Origin: a virus
Virus record (IMG/VR): IMGVR_UViG_3300031539_000026
DNA length: 62,273 nt
Strand: one strand, 5' to 3'
The notes beneath the pieces are model-generated. The model was not told the origin of the DNA and searched no databases. It saw only the letters and a list, made by a program, of their open reading frames with translations. This document shows positions 33,332 through 42,519 of the stretch, piece by piece. How positions within the stretch are numbered: the stretch's first letter is position 1; each line of letters starts with the position of its first letter. Position numbers and translations under genes: made by a program.

Positions 33332-34154
33332 TATCGCATCCCTGCTTAAATAATTTCCGGTACAGCCCCGGCTTAGCCCAGAGATGACATAAGTCGTGCC
33401 ATTCTCCCCTTGACGGTCCTGCGGTTTCGCCGCGGTAAAGCTGTGCGAACGGCAGAAACCCCTTGCGATAAACCGCCACGCACCTTTCCTGGGCCTGAGC
33501 CTGCGTTTCACCATCCTTACCAACCAAGACATAGCAGCGTTTCTTCTCTATTGAATAATCACTTAGAAGATCCACCGCCTTATCAAGCCTGGGTAAATCC
33601 TCTTTACAATCACAGGCAACCCATAGCTCGGCCACTTTGATTTTCTTGAACAGTTCTACGTGCCATGGTTTAAGATAATCGATATCCAAGCCACCCTTGA
33701 ACTCGATGGGTTTCGGTTGCAATTTCAACATTTCAAATACGGTTTCGATATGCTTGACCGAGCACGCCAGCAGGTTATTGTCCTGTACGATATACCCAGG
33801 CTGAATTTTCAATTCTCGCAGTTTCCCTTCTCGCTGATGAACCAGGCACCATGCACATCGTTTTGGGCAGCCGCGAGAAGTGAACGTCACACCTTCCTTG
33901 ACGAATCGGCCTGGCACGAACTCGCCGCCGGGATCGCCGAAGGCCGGGCCGCCAACCCGAACATTATCGAAATGCAGCGACCAGGCCCTCGCCAAGGCGT
34001 AAGCCTTCTCTATATCCCATGTAAAAGTTGCAGATACTAAAACCGGCTCACTGGACTTCCAGTTTCGTACAAACAAAGGGGGACTCGTATAGAACGCCAA
34101 CTCATCTGTTGGCGGCGGCGTCCATTTCGTTTTTCTCGCGAATACCCGAATCAT
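33315..34154 (-). CDS. Radical-SAM-motif protein
   Basis: TSRGCPKRCAWC gives CX3CX2C at residues 96/100/103. Confidence 0.5.
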   Translation of the reverse strand: MIRVFARKTKWTPPPTDELAFYTSPPLFVRNWKSSEPVLVSATFTWDIEKAYALARAWSLHFDNVRVGGPAFGDPGGEFVPGRFVKEGVTFTSRGCPKRCAWCLVHQREGKLRELKIQPGYIVQDNNLLACSVKHIETVFEMLKLQPKPIEFKGGLDIDYLKPWHVELFKKIKVAELWVACDCKEDLPRLDKAVDLLSDYSIEKKRCYVLVGKDGETQAQAQERCVAVYRKGFLPFAQLYRGETAGPSRGEWHDLCHLWAKPGLYRKLFKQGCDNVCNH

Positions 34155-34168
34155 TATCGCTTCCCTGC

Positions 34169-35062
34169 TTATTCGTTCAATGCCGCATGACGTCTCGCGT
34201 ACTCTATGGGCTGCTCTATTTCCTCAAAAACCAGATGCCCACACTTGGGGCAGGGCGGCCTGGGCGGCGACATTTCATAACCGCAACCCTTACACTCATG
34301 CCATTTCACTAATGGGCCCCTGAGTTTGATTATCCCCGCCTCGGCAATATCACGGTGCCCGCGGTCCTCGGCCTCCTGTTTTTCGATTCTCTTTTGAAGT
34401 TTAAGCTGAAATCGCTGCTTTTTCGTCCGCTCTGCTCGGCGTCGCCGGCAGGTCTTTTTGAGATTGCGGATTGCTTTTTTCCTTTGGCCCGGATTGTTCT
34501 TTCGCATCAGGTTAATGAGGCCGCCGCGGTCGACCATGACCAGGTTCTCCGGACCATCATCCATCGAATCGCCGTTGATGTGAGCCACCAGCTTGCCTTT
34601 GGGAATGGGGCCGTTTTCTTTTTCCCAGAGATATTGAGCGTATGAAATCCATCGATGCTTTCCCTGGTCCTTGCCGGATATTTTGATGCGGCGATATTGT
34701 TTGCCGTTTTTGCTTTTGACAAGGACGGCCCCGACTTCCTGATGGTTTGCCGGCAAGTGGCCTTTTTTGAACTCTGTTGCCGGCGAGTAGTGCATACCTT
34801 TGACGTTCTTGTTCCAGGTCTTATGGCCCTTCTTGAAACAGGTATGCTCGTTGCCGCGTGACATGTGTCGTATGGCGATTTGTCTATATTGCTCCTTCGA
34901 CAATCGCGTATAGATGGCCCTCATTAAAGTTTTGTAGGAGCAATGATATTCACGCATCAGGTTGTCTATGATCACAGGGGTTGTTTTGAGGCGATTGACT
35001 ATCACGTCCGCATCATCCATGACTTTATCGGCGGTTCCTCTATATCCTTTGTAAGTTCCCAT
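34169..35062 (-). CDS. HNH (HNH_3-type) homing endonuclease with C-terminal Zn ribbon
   Basis: YAQYLWEKENGPIPKGKLVAHINGDSMDDGPENLVMV; CKGCG...CPKCG. Confidence 0.75.
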   Translation of the reverse strand: MGTYKGYRGTADKVMDDADVIVNRLKTTPVIIDNLMREYHCSYKTLMRAIYTRLSKEQYRQIAIRHMSRGNEHTCFKKGHKTWNKNVKGMHYSPATEFKKGHLPANHQEVGAVLVKSKNGKQYRRIKISGKDQGKHRWISYAQYLWEKENGPIPKGKLVAHINGDSMDDGPENLVMVDRGGLINLMRKNNPGQRKKAIRNLKKTCRRRRAERTKKQRFQLKLQKRIEKQEAEDRGHRDIAEAGIIKLRGPLVKWHECKGCGYEMSPPRPPCPKCGHLVFEEIEQPIEYARRHAALNE

Positions 35063-35076
35063 GCTTCCTTGCTCTT

Positions 35077-35412
35077 TTAACGCCTTATTATTTCAGAGAA
35101 TCCTGAAACCGTTTTTCTTACCAAGTATTCTGCTGGGCTCATTGGTTTCGGGTATACCCGCAACTTGCCATCCTCAATAGCTACCATGTAAAAGTCATCA
35201 TCGCGTTCGACGGGAGCCGGTAACGGACAAAACCAGAACCTATCGAAGCATTCCGAGCAGTACCAGTAGCCGCAACTGTTGCCTTCATCATCTGACAAGG
35301 CCGTAATGATTTCACCGATAACAAACCGCTTACCGCAATGGATGCACGGCTGCCATTCGTGCCCGTTAGCGATGGTTTGCTTAAATATCTTCATCCCTTT
35401 TCCGCATAGCAT
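35077..35412 (-). CDS. Cys-rich hypothetical protein
   Basis: 111-aa ORF (alternative start at 35394). Confidence 0.4.
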   Translation of the reverse strand: MLCGKGMKIFKQTIANGHEWQPCIHCGKRFVIGEIITALSDDEGNSCGYWYCSECFDRFWFCPLPAPVERDDDFYMVAIEDGKLRVYPKPMSPAEYLVRKTVSGFSEIIRR

Positions 35413-35914
35413 TCAATAACAAGGCTTCCGCCTTCTTGTAGTTATCATCCGATATTTCTTCTTCGGAGCGTGGATCCTTTAACCGCTCGTCAATGAATTT
35501 GCGACGGCGGATTTCCTCTTGCGGTGCCCGGTCCAGTTCGGCCTGATCTACCGGATTAATCACCGAGCGTTTGAGCTTATGCGGGAACGGCAGGTCCCAG
35601 TTGTCGATTATAGCCTGCCAGCCGATCTCATCCGGCACAGCATCGCTGCACCTCGAACGCATAATCCTGGCAAACAGCTCCTGGATATGGGGAAAGGCCA
35701 AACTCTTCGGCCCCGACAGGGCCAAAATAAGGTTCACCGGGTACGTATTGCGAAGGAAGTCATGCACAGCACAATTTACGCACAGTCCTTTCGGCGATTC
35801 GCCCCGCTTAAGCATTTTAGCCTTCGACCCGGCCAGTGGATCAACTTTACACCTGACCCCGCATCGCGGGCAGCAGCATTCAAGTTCCATCTCAAAAAGG
35901 TTAGGCTGATTCAT
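35381..35914 (-). CDS. Hypothetical protein with N-terminal Zn ribbon
   Basis: CCCPRCG...CVNC. Confidence 0.45.
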   Translation of the reverse strand: MNQPNLFEMELECCCPRCGVRCKVDPLAGSKAKMLKRGESPKGLCVNCAVHDFLRNTYPVNLILALSGPKSLAFPHIQELFARIMRSRCSDAVPDEIGWQAIIDNWDLPFPHKLKRSVINPVDQAELDRAPQEEIRRRKFIDERLKDPRSEEEISDDNYKKAEALLLNAMRKRDEDI

Positions 35915-35931
35915 ATTTACCCCTGAATATT

Positions 35932-36735
35932 TTAAGCCCTCTTTTGCGCTGAATGTCCCATCACGCCCTCAAGCAGTATTTCACGGGCGGCCTGCTCGAC
36001 TTGTTCGGCGGCCGTTTTTTTATTCATCAGGATGTCGAGCTTCTTATTCCACCAGACGTCGGCAACCTGCTCTTTAGTAAACCCGTGCTCGGAAAAACAT
36101 TTGATTGCGACCAGGCTTTTTGGCGGAAAGGCCGTGTCATTATCCAGATCGAAATGCGTAGGCCGCGGGAATGCAGGCAGTATCTTCAAGTCATTTCTCG
36201 CACCGTATATGAACACCCTTATTCTTCGCTGAGGAACGCCATAGCCGCAAGCGTCGAGTTCGTTGAACCGGACCGTATAGCCTTTGCCTTCGAGCGATTC
36301 CAATAGCGTGACAAAAAAGTCTTTGAAGGCCAGCAGTCCAGGCACGTTTTCAATTACGAAATAACGGGGCTTCATTTCGCCTATCAGCCTGACAAAATGC
36401 CACATCAGCTTAGATCTCGGATCGTCTATCGAGCGAGCGTTATTTGAAAAAGAGAAACCCCGGCACGGCGGCCCGCCACTCAATATATCGAGCCGGCCTT
36501 TTTTGATCCCAGTCCGTATGAGAAGCTGCCTGCCGGATATCTTCGATATGTCCGCCTTGATGATTTCCGCTTTGGGGAATGCTTTTTTGTGATTTGCCGC
36601 CAGGGTTTGAAGGCATTGATCGTTAATCTCGACAAGCCCGACCACGTCGATACCCGCTTGCTGGAGTCCTAGTGCCATCCCACCGGCCCCGGCAAACAAT
36701 TCTATAGCTTTGAGTTTTTTTCTTTTAGTGTGCAT
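35932..36735 (-). CDS. DNA (cytosine-5) methyltransferase, short form
   Basis: Motif I ELFAGAGG, motif IV GGPPCRGFS, motif VI FVIENVPGL, motif VIII PQRRIRVFIYG. No obvious GN[AS]V motif X. Confidence 0.8.
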   Translation of the reverse strand: MHTKRKKLKAIELFAGAGGMALGLQQAGIDVVGLVEINDQCLQTLAANHKKAFPKAEIIKADISKISGRQLLIRTGIKKGRLDILSGGPPCRGFSFSNNARSIDDPRSKLMWHFVRLIGEMKPRYFVIENVPGLLAFKDFFVTLLESLEGKGYTVRFNELDACGYGVPQRRIRVFIYGARNDLKILPAFPRPTHFDLDNDTAFPPKSLVAIKCFSEHGFTKEQVADVWWNKKLDILMNKKTAAEQVEQAAREILLEGVMGHSAQKRA

Positions 36736-38482
36736 TCGTGATTAAAATTAAATTTCCATGGCAATTCGAGCATAGATCAGGTTCTACCCAGTGACAGGGC
36801 TCGCCATCATCACCAATGCAGGCCTTATCGTCTGTGCATTTGCATATTCGGCAGCTTTGAACTTTGTCTTTTTTGCCGGACTTTTTGGGCTTCGCTTTCT
36901 CTGTTTTTGCCTTCTTTGCAGGCTTTACCTTCTTCGGCGTGCCGTCCGCGTTAAGCCCGGCCCAGGACTTCGGCTCAGTAAAGCCTTTGCGACCCGAAAC
37001 GTCCTTGAGCATCGCCTTGACGTCCGCCTTGATAAGCGAGGCAATCCGCTCAGCTTCCTCTACCATATTTATCGGCGTCTGTGTGATCGGCCCTGACCAA
37101 ACAAGATGCCTTATAAGAGTAGGCTTGAAGCTTTCCCATAACAGCTCCAGTGCCTTGCCGGGACCCTCCTTAATTGCGGACTTGATTGTTTTCAGTTCAT
37201 CCGCATCACACAGCGGTAATCGATCATTCCCATAGACGGCAACCAGCACCATCAAAGCGGTTATGGGGTCTTTGTGATTGATATCCTTGACCCCGGAAGC
37301 CTCAACTTTTTCCTGCAAATCAAGCAAGACCTGTGCCCACCTTTTCGCGCCGAGCATTTTCCGCCTCACCGTCAACGTTGTAGGCTTGCCTATAATCGCC
37401 TTCGTGGACGAACCCGACTTTTTCGTCTTTACATAAGTGAGATTGCCCATACCCTTTCCGTACAGACAAAGCGCCGGCAGAGCACCTTTCGCACCTTTGG
37501 ATGCAGAGGTATGATCCCACTTTGACAAGTAAGTTCCGAAGCTGCCCTGTAACCATTGAGCATCGATCTGGTTTGGGTAGTCGTTTACTATCAAGACGAG
37601 ATTTGGATGCTTTTCCTTGAGTGACGCAAACGTGCGCTTCAGCCATTCACTCAGCTTGTTTTTCCAGCAGGCCGAATCGATGCACTTGTCGCCCGCGGCC
37701 GTCTGTGTCTTTGCATCTTCCCACAGCATCGGCTGCGAGCCTGTCCGCTTGTTACATTTCGAGCAGGCCCCCGCCTTCGGAACAAGCGTCTGATCGTCGA
37801 GATCCCACTTTGCCTTACTGAGCAGCTTGAGGTATTCTGCAATCAGCTCGTTAAGCTGGCTTATAGGCATAAACTCGGGCTCGAAAATGTTATCCATGAT
37901 CTCATCTTGTACGGCCTCCGGAAGCCTCGCAATAATAGACAAGTGCGCTATCGTCCAAGAACGATATTCTTCGTTTTTGTCGATGTCCTTGAAAATCGCC
38001 TTCCATATTTTAGACAAGTTGGACCAGACGTTCGCCCTTTGCCTGACCCACCCTTCCTCCTTTCCGATCCTCTTTGCGATTGCGGCCGCATTCCCGCCGA
38101 GCCGCTCGATGCAGTTTGCGATTTCCTCCGCTTCTTCCATAGGCGACAGGTCTTTGCGGAACTTGTTGCCGATGAACGTCATATCGAGAGCATCTTCATC
38201 GTCCATTTTGTCGTGAACGATAGCCGGTATCGTTTTGACCTTTGCCGCTATCGATGCCCGGTACCGCCTTTCCCCGTCCCTCAGCTCGAACTTGCCCGGC
38301 TGATCGGGATGGACTCTGACGTGAATAGGGTCACGCACGCCGCCGGCCATGATACTGGCTACCAGCTCGGGGAAGTCCTCATCCTTCTCGATATTCTTTC
38401 GCATGTTGTCTTTCGTCGGGACGATCTGATCGAGCGGGATCAACTTGAAATTTGTGTTGTTTGCCTGGTTTGTGTTACTCAT
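36725..38482 (-). CDS. ParB-like N-terminal-domain protein with Cys-rich C-terminus
   Basis: IPLDQIVPTKDNMRK...DPIHVRV...ELRDGERRYRA; C-terminal CRICKC...CHW...CSNCHG. Confidence 0.75.
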   Translation of the reverse strand: MSNTNQANNTNFKLIPLDQIVPTKDNMRKNIEKDEDFPELVASIMAGGVRDPIHVRVHPDQPGKFELRDGERRYRASIAAKVKTIPAIVHDKMDDEDALDMTFIGNKFRKDLSPMEEAEEIANCIERLGGNAAAIAKRIGKEEGWVRQRANVWSNLSKIWKAIFKDIDKNEEYRSWTIAHLSIIARLPEAVQDEIMDNIFEPEFMPISQLNELIAEYLKLLSKAKWDLDDQTLVPKAGACSKCNKRTGSQPMLWEDAKTQTAAGDKCIDSACWKNKLSEWLKRTFASLKEKHPNLVLIVNDYPNQIDAQWLQGSFGTYLSKWDHTSASKGAKGALPALCLYGKGMGNLTYVKTKKSGSSTKAIIGKPTTLTVRRKMLGAKRWAQVLLDLQEKVEASGVKDINHKDPITALMVLVAVYGNDRLPLCDADELKTIKSAIKEGPGKALELLWESFKPTLIRHLVWSGPITQTPINMVEEAERIASLIKADVKAMLKDVSGRKGFTEPKSWAGLNADGTPKKVKPAKKAKTEKAKPKKSGKKDKVQSCRICKCTDDKACIGDDGEPCHWVEPDLCSNCHGNLILITNAH

Positions 38483-38703
38483 GATTTTCTCCTTTTAATA
38501 TGTGTTTTTCCTTAAAAACCAGCTTGGGGCGGGCGGGATTTTTACCCGACTTGCCGCAACGTATGACCCCGTATCAATCACTTCGATTGAATCCTATATT
38601 GTCGGCTAAGTAATCAACTCAAGCGGCTATCTTGCCTACGACAGGTGTTTTCAGTCCTGTATACGTTTTTGCGTTTCACACACGCCGCCGCCCCTTACTG
38701 GCT

Positions 38704-38867
38704 CTATTCAGTTTTCAAACAGCATTTCTTAAACTTCTTGCCACTACCACATCCGCACGGTTCGTTTTGGCCTACCCTGCCGCGCTTCAATTGTGCTGGC
38801 TAAGCCATGCGTAATCTTTGTCGTCTACAATTGCGACCTTGCCTTGTGTGAGTGGGATTCGTTTCAT
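38704..38867 (-). pseudogene. Decayed HNH/AP2-endonuclease N-terminus followed out of frame by a SEC-C motif
   Basis: [26 protein letters not shown]-stop resembles [27 protein letters not shown] of 28182-28664. In the -1 frame: [28 protein letters not shown]-stop. Confidence 0.5.
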
Positions 38868-38883
38868 GCTATTATTGTCCTTT

Positions 38884-38930
38884 CAAAAATGCAGGCGGCT
38901 CAGGACAGAAAGGAAACCTTCGCCGCCTGC
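38884..38930 (-). terminator. Rho-independent terminator
   Basis: Minus sense: GCAGGCGGC-22 nt-GCCGCCTGC followed by ATTTTTG. Confidence 0.5.
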
Positions 38931-39111
38931 TTCAAAGCTCGGTTAAGCCCATCCATGAGCAAATCCGGAACTATCAACTTGTTAAATAATGCCGGCCTTC
39001 CAGCCGGCGGGGAGTATATTTTTGAATGGGTACCCTGACAGAAAAACACTCTCAAAAACCGTCGGATTGTGAACCACCATTTTATTGATACCAGTAAAAT
39101 GGTGGACATTC

Positions 39112-39390
39112 TTAACTTGTAAAAATCTTATCAATCGCAGCTCGCAAATGCTTGTCCAACAGCAACCTTTCGTCGCTGCGCAGCTTTACTTCCCAAAGTA
39201 TGTCACGCACCACTTTATTCTCGAATATCAGGACATCTTGATTTTGTAGTGCTCCGTCAACATCGACTGCTTTCTCATTAAGCTTGTCACGGATTTCCCG
39301 CAGGATCGCTTCAAAGCCGCGGGCGACAAGAGCATCAAACACGATAAGGCCTATGAACAAAACAATTAGAATTACATCTATCGCGCTCAT
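39112..39390 (-). CDS. Small membrane-anchored protein
   Basis: N-terminal TM segment AIDVILIVLFIGLIVF. Confidence 0.45.
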   Translation of the reverse strand: MSAIDVILIVLFIGLIVFDALVARGFEAILREIRDKLNEKAVDVDGALQNQDVLIFENKVVRDILWEVKLRSDERLLLDKHLRAAIDKIFTS

Positions 39391-39472
39391 TTTTCCCTTT
39401 CTGCTAACTTTTCAAAAATAAAGGCGGAGCGGCCATAAGCTGACAAAAAAGACCGCCCGCCTATAGAGAGAA

Positions 39473-41149
39473 TCATGACGTCCTCGTGACTTTCCCCTTA
39501 ATTACCTGGAATACCTGCAACCAGTCTGGAATATCGACCTGCGAATAATCTTTGTCGCTACTCGCGAAAACCAGCACGTTCTTTATGTGGCACTCATTCA
39601 CCGCCTGAAAGAATGCATTTGCATTGTCTGAAACCAGAATCTCGAAGCCGTCCAGTGCCGCGATACCGACGCCGGAAACCTCCGCCAGGGCCATAGCCAT
39701 AACGCAACCTGCCCGGTACTGCTCGGATGCACTTGCGTATTCGATAGAGACATGGTTTGAAACACCCTCTGGAATTAAGGAAATCTCGCCATTGTCACTC
39801 CAAGTCAGTGTCGGCATATTCCACAACTGTAGCAGGTTTTCGTTAATCGGCAGATGGCATCCGCCGGCGGCTATTGCCGATTTGACAGGCCCGCCGTCTT
39901 TAAGTGCCTCGTCGATCCGGTCGCATTCTGCAATCAGGGCATCGAGCTTCACCGCATTCTTTTCGGCCTGCCCGTACTCGGCTTCGGCTTCTTTGAACCT
40001 TCGGCAGTTTGCGATATTGGCCTGCAGGACGTCCCGTTGCTCTGTGAGATTCTTTAGCAGGTTTTCGGAGCCTTCTTTGTAATCAACCCCCTTAAACTTC
40101 TCATTCAATTGCTTGCGTTTTTCTTCGAGTCTATCCAACTCCGACTCGCAGGCCGCGTTCTGTTTTACGATTTCATCGCGGTCAATCAGCCTGCCGTGAT
40201 AAAGTTTGAGCCATTCTTCCATCTTCTTTTGTTTGTATATTAGCGAGTCTCGTTTTCGCACCCCATCACATAACGGGCACTTGATATTAGCTGCCTTGCA
40301 TTCCTTTAGAAGCGATTCGATAAGGTTGCAATACACGCTCGTCATCGTGATCTCGTCGGCCGATATCCCCGGGGGCAGGCTCGGTACCTTCTTGATCTCG
40401 CCTTTGAATTCCTCGATGCTCTTTTCCGTAACCATTAAGTCGGCTTTGATTTCGAGTTGACGCCTGGCCTCGGCTATGATCTCGCCGCCCTTTGCGATTC
40501 TGTCGCCGAGTTTTTTGACTCCCTTTTCGTCAACCGATACATCGTAACCATCCTCAAGCTCATAGTCACCGAGAAGTGGTGACTTGTCGGGCAGCTCCTT
40601 CTTTGTCCTTTTGAGCGCCCGTCTGATCTCGACAATCTCATTCCTGAATGCGTCCACATCGAGAACGTCAACGCCACTCGCCTTGATCTCAGTGAGCAGT
40701 GAATTGTCGATATTTCCGATCTGCTCTGCGATTGCCGCCTTAATAACATCATTCAAACCGCCGCCAAGGACCTCGGCGAGGACTTTACCCCTTTCCCTGG
40801 CCGGCAATGCGATGAATTCGTGAGGATTCAGGCAGAAATGAAGTAGTGAGCTTTCAAGAACGTTCTTGCCGGCCGTGCTTGGTGTTCGATGTATCGAGCA
40901 CTCATCACCATCTTGATCCAGATAATCAATGCCCACCGCCATGCCGTTGTTACCGTGTGATAGGTTGCCGACGTCTTTGAACTTAGTCATTGCCCTGGCC
41001 TTGCCTGTAAATCCAAATTCCAAAGAGTCCTTGATAGTTGATTTTCCCTGATTGTTTTTCCCAACAAACAGGCTTACCGGCCTGTCGAATTCGATGTCGG
41101 CTGATGGGACGCCAACAAAGTGGTTGATTTTAAGTCGTTTCAACTGCAT
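39473..41149 (-). CDS. SMC/Rad50/SbcC-like AAA ATPase
   Basis: MQLKRLKINHFVG...FVGKNNQGKSTI (Walker A), central coiled coil, C-terminal SASEQYR signature and IAALDGFEIL Walker B. Confidence 0.7.
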   Translation of the reverse strand: MQLKRLKINHFVGVPSADIEFDRPVSLFVGKNNQGKSTIKDSLEFGFTGKARAMTKFKDVGNLSHGNNGMAVGIDYLDQDGDECSIHRTPSTAGKNVLESSLLHFCLNPHEFIALPARERGKVLAEVLGGGLNDVIKAAIAEQIGNIDNSLLTEIKASGVDVLDVDAFRNEIVEIRRALKRTKKELPDKSPLLGDYELEDGYDVSVDEKGVKKLGDRIAKGGEIIAEARRQLEIKADLMVTEKSIEEFKGEIKKVPSLPPGISADEITMTSVYCNLIESLLKECKAANIKCPLCDGVRKRDSLIYKQKKMEEWLKLYHGRLIDRDEIVKQNAACESELDRLEEKRKQLNEKFKGVDYKEGSENLLKNLTEQRDVLQANIANCRRFKEAEAEYGQAEKNAVKLDALIAECDRIDEALKDGGPVKSAIAAGGCHLPINENLLQLWNMPTLTWSDNGEISLIPEGVSNHVSIEYASASEQYRAGCVMAMALAEVSGVGIAALDGFEILVSDNANAFFQAVNECHIKNVLVFASSDKDYSQVDIPDWLQVFQVIKGKVTRTS

Positions 41150-41194
41150 GATTTTCTCCTTTCAATTATTCTTCGTTTGCTTTTTCCAAAACTC

Positions 41195-42181
41195 TCAGTC
41201 AATTCTCATCATTGCTTCAAGTTCATCTACTTCCTCTTGCGATAGTCCATCGTTCTCTGAGGCCTTCCGTAAAAACTCTATCAGCTTAACTCGGTAATCA
41301 TCCGGCCTGTCCGTCCAGTCGATGAATAGCTTGAGACATTCAAAGGGCCGTAGCCAGTAACCCTTGCGGGAATATTTCATACACCGAAGCGTAGAACTTA
41401 CAGGACAGTGAATATTTTTTAAGCGAAGAAGTGTATGCTTCTCGTCGTGCATAAAATCTGCGTCCACCATAACTTCTTCCGGACTAAGAATTGCGGCCCG
41501 TATCACAGTAAAGTCAAAGTTCTCAAGAATCGTCTTTTTATCCCCGAACGAAACGATACGAGCTTCCTGCATAGGTTTAATGAGTTGAATTGGTGGCATG
41601 TATGCGTACACGCCATCTTCTGGGCCTTCGTATGTCAGGGAGATATTGTTTTCATGTCGGACTTCCAGGCCCGACGCTACTAACGCTTTCTGGAGGGCAT
41701 TAAAGGCATCTTCTGTCTCACAGTAAACATCGACATCTATTGCCTCTATTGGTTTTTTCCTCGGCGAAGCGCAGAATCGAGCATATCCCCCGCAAACGAA
41801 ACAATCCTGCTTAGTTTCTTCCTTCACTTCATTAAGTATTTTCCACAAGGGTCGTATAACATCAAAGCCTCGTCGCAAGGGTACGTTCTCGAAGCCTTCC
41901 TTCGATATGTACATTTTCTTTGACGCATTTTCGTCTTGTTTGTGTTCATCTTTTTCGGCCATTATCTGATTTCCTTTCTTTTGAAAACTTAGTGCGTTTG
42001 GATAGGTTGCCTCTGCTGTGTAGTTTTGATAATCGCCCCAGTTGTCGTCGCATTTATACACAACAAAAACAAACTTGTTATTCCAAGATTTTATGCGGCC
42101 CTTTTCACGTTTTCCGACAGGCGGATCATAATCAACCCAACGGCCAACATCGCTTTCGTTTAGAGCTTTGATTTCAATCAT
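41195..42181 (-). CDS. Nucleotidyltransferase, PolyA-pol/CCA-adding (class II) head-like
   Basis: FVCGGYARF....IEAIDVDVY (GG.vRD...DiDi-like) and ENFDFTVIRAA (RRDFTiNA-like). Confidence 0.5.
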   Translation of the reverse strand: MIEIKALNESDVGRWVDYDPPVGKREKGRIKSWNNKFVFVVYKCDDNWGDYQNYTAEATYPNALSFQKKGNQIMAEKDEHKQDENASKKMYISKEGFENVPLRRGFDVIRPLWKILNEVKEETKQDCFVCGGYARFCASPRKKPIEAIDVDVYCETEDAFNALQKALVASGLEVRHENNISLTYEGPEDGVYAYMPPIQLIKPMQEARIVSFGDKKTILENFDFTVIRAAILSPEEVMVDADFMHDEKHTLLRLKNIHCPVSSTLRCMKYSRKGYWLRPFECLKLFIDWTDRPDDYRVKLIEFLRKASENDGLSQEEVDELEAMMRID

Positions 42182-42429
42182 TAGTCCTCGTCCGGTTCAT
42201 CTTGTTCTGATTCTGGCTTGGGCCGAACTGCTGGCGACACCGCTTGCGGTTCTGGTACTTTTTCTTTCACTGGCCCAAACTTGACTTCAAGTCCATTGTA
42301 ATCAAAACCCATAGCAGTGACTTCAAGTGGCATCTTAAACATATCGCTCACATTTTGAGACATCATGAGCATTGCCGCTTCCTCCGAAAACGTGATTGTA
42401 GTTTTACCTTCAAACATTTTGTTCCTCAC
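42181..42429 (-). CDS. Small acidic hypothetical protein
   Basis: 82-aa ORF with a 1-nt overlap to the next gene. Confidence 0.4.
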   Translation of the reverse strand: MRNKMFEGKTTITFSEEAAMLMMSQNVSDMFKMPLEVTAMGFDYNGLEVKFGPVKEKVPEPQAVSPAVRPKPESEQDEPDED

Positions 42430-42519
42430 TTTCTTTTAGTAACAATCAATGCCAGGCAAGGCGGGTCGCTATCCCGCACGTTCCATATTGGCCAGCGCAG
42501 TTCTTTATTGCCTGGCACT

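Noticed and set aside
38632-39109. ORFs 38632-38814 (+), 38793-39038 (+) and 38900-39109 (-) in the gap upstream of the ParB-like gene.
   Set aside because: They have no RBS and overlap two hairpin terminators and the endonuclease remnant. Their translations are not protein-like. I treat the region as non-coding plus pseudogene.
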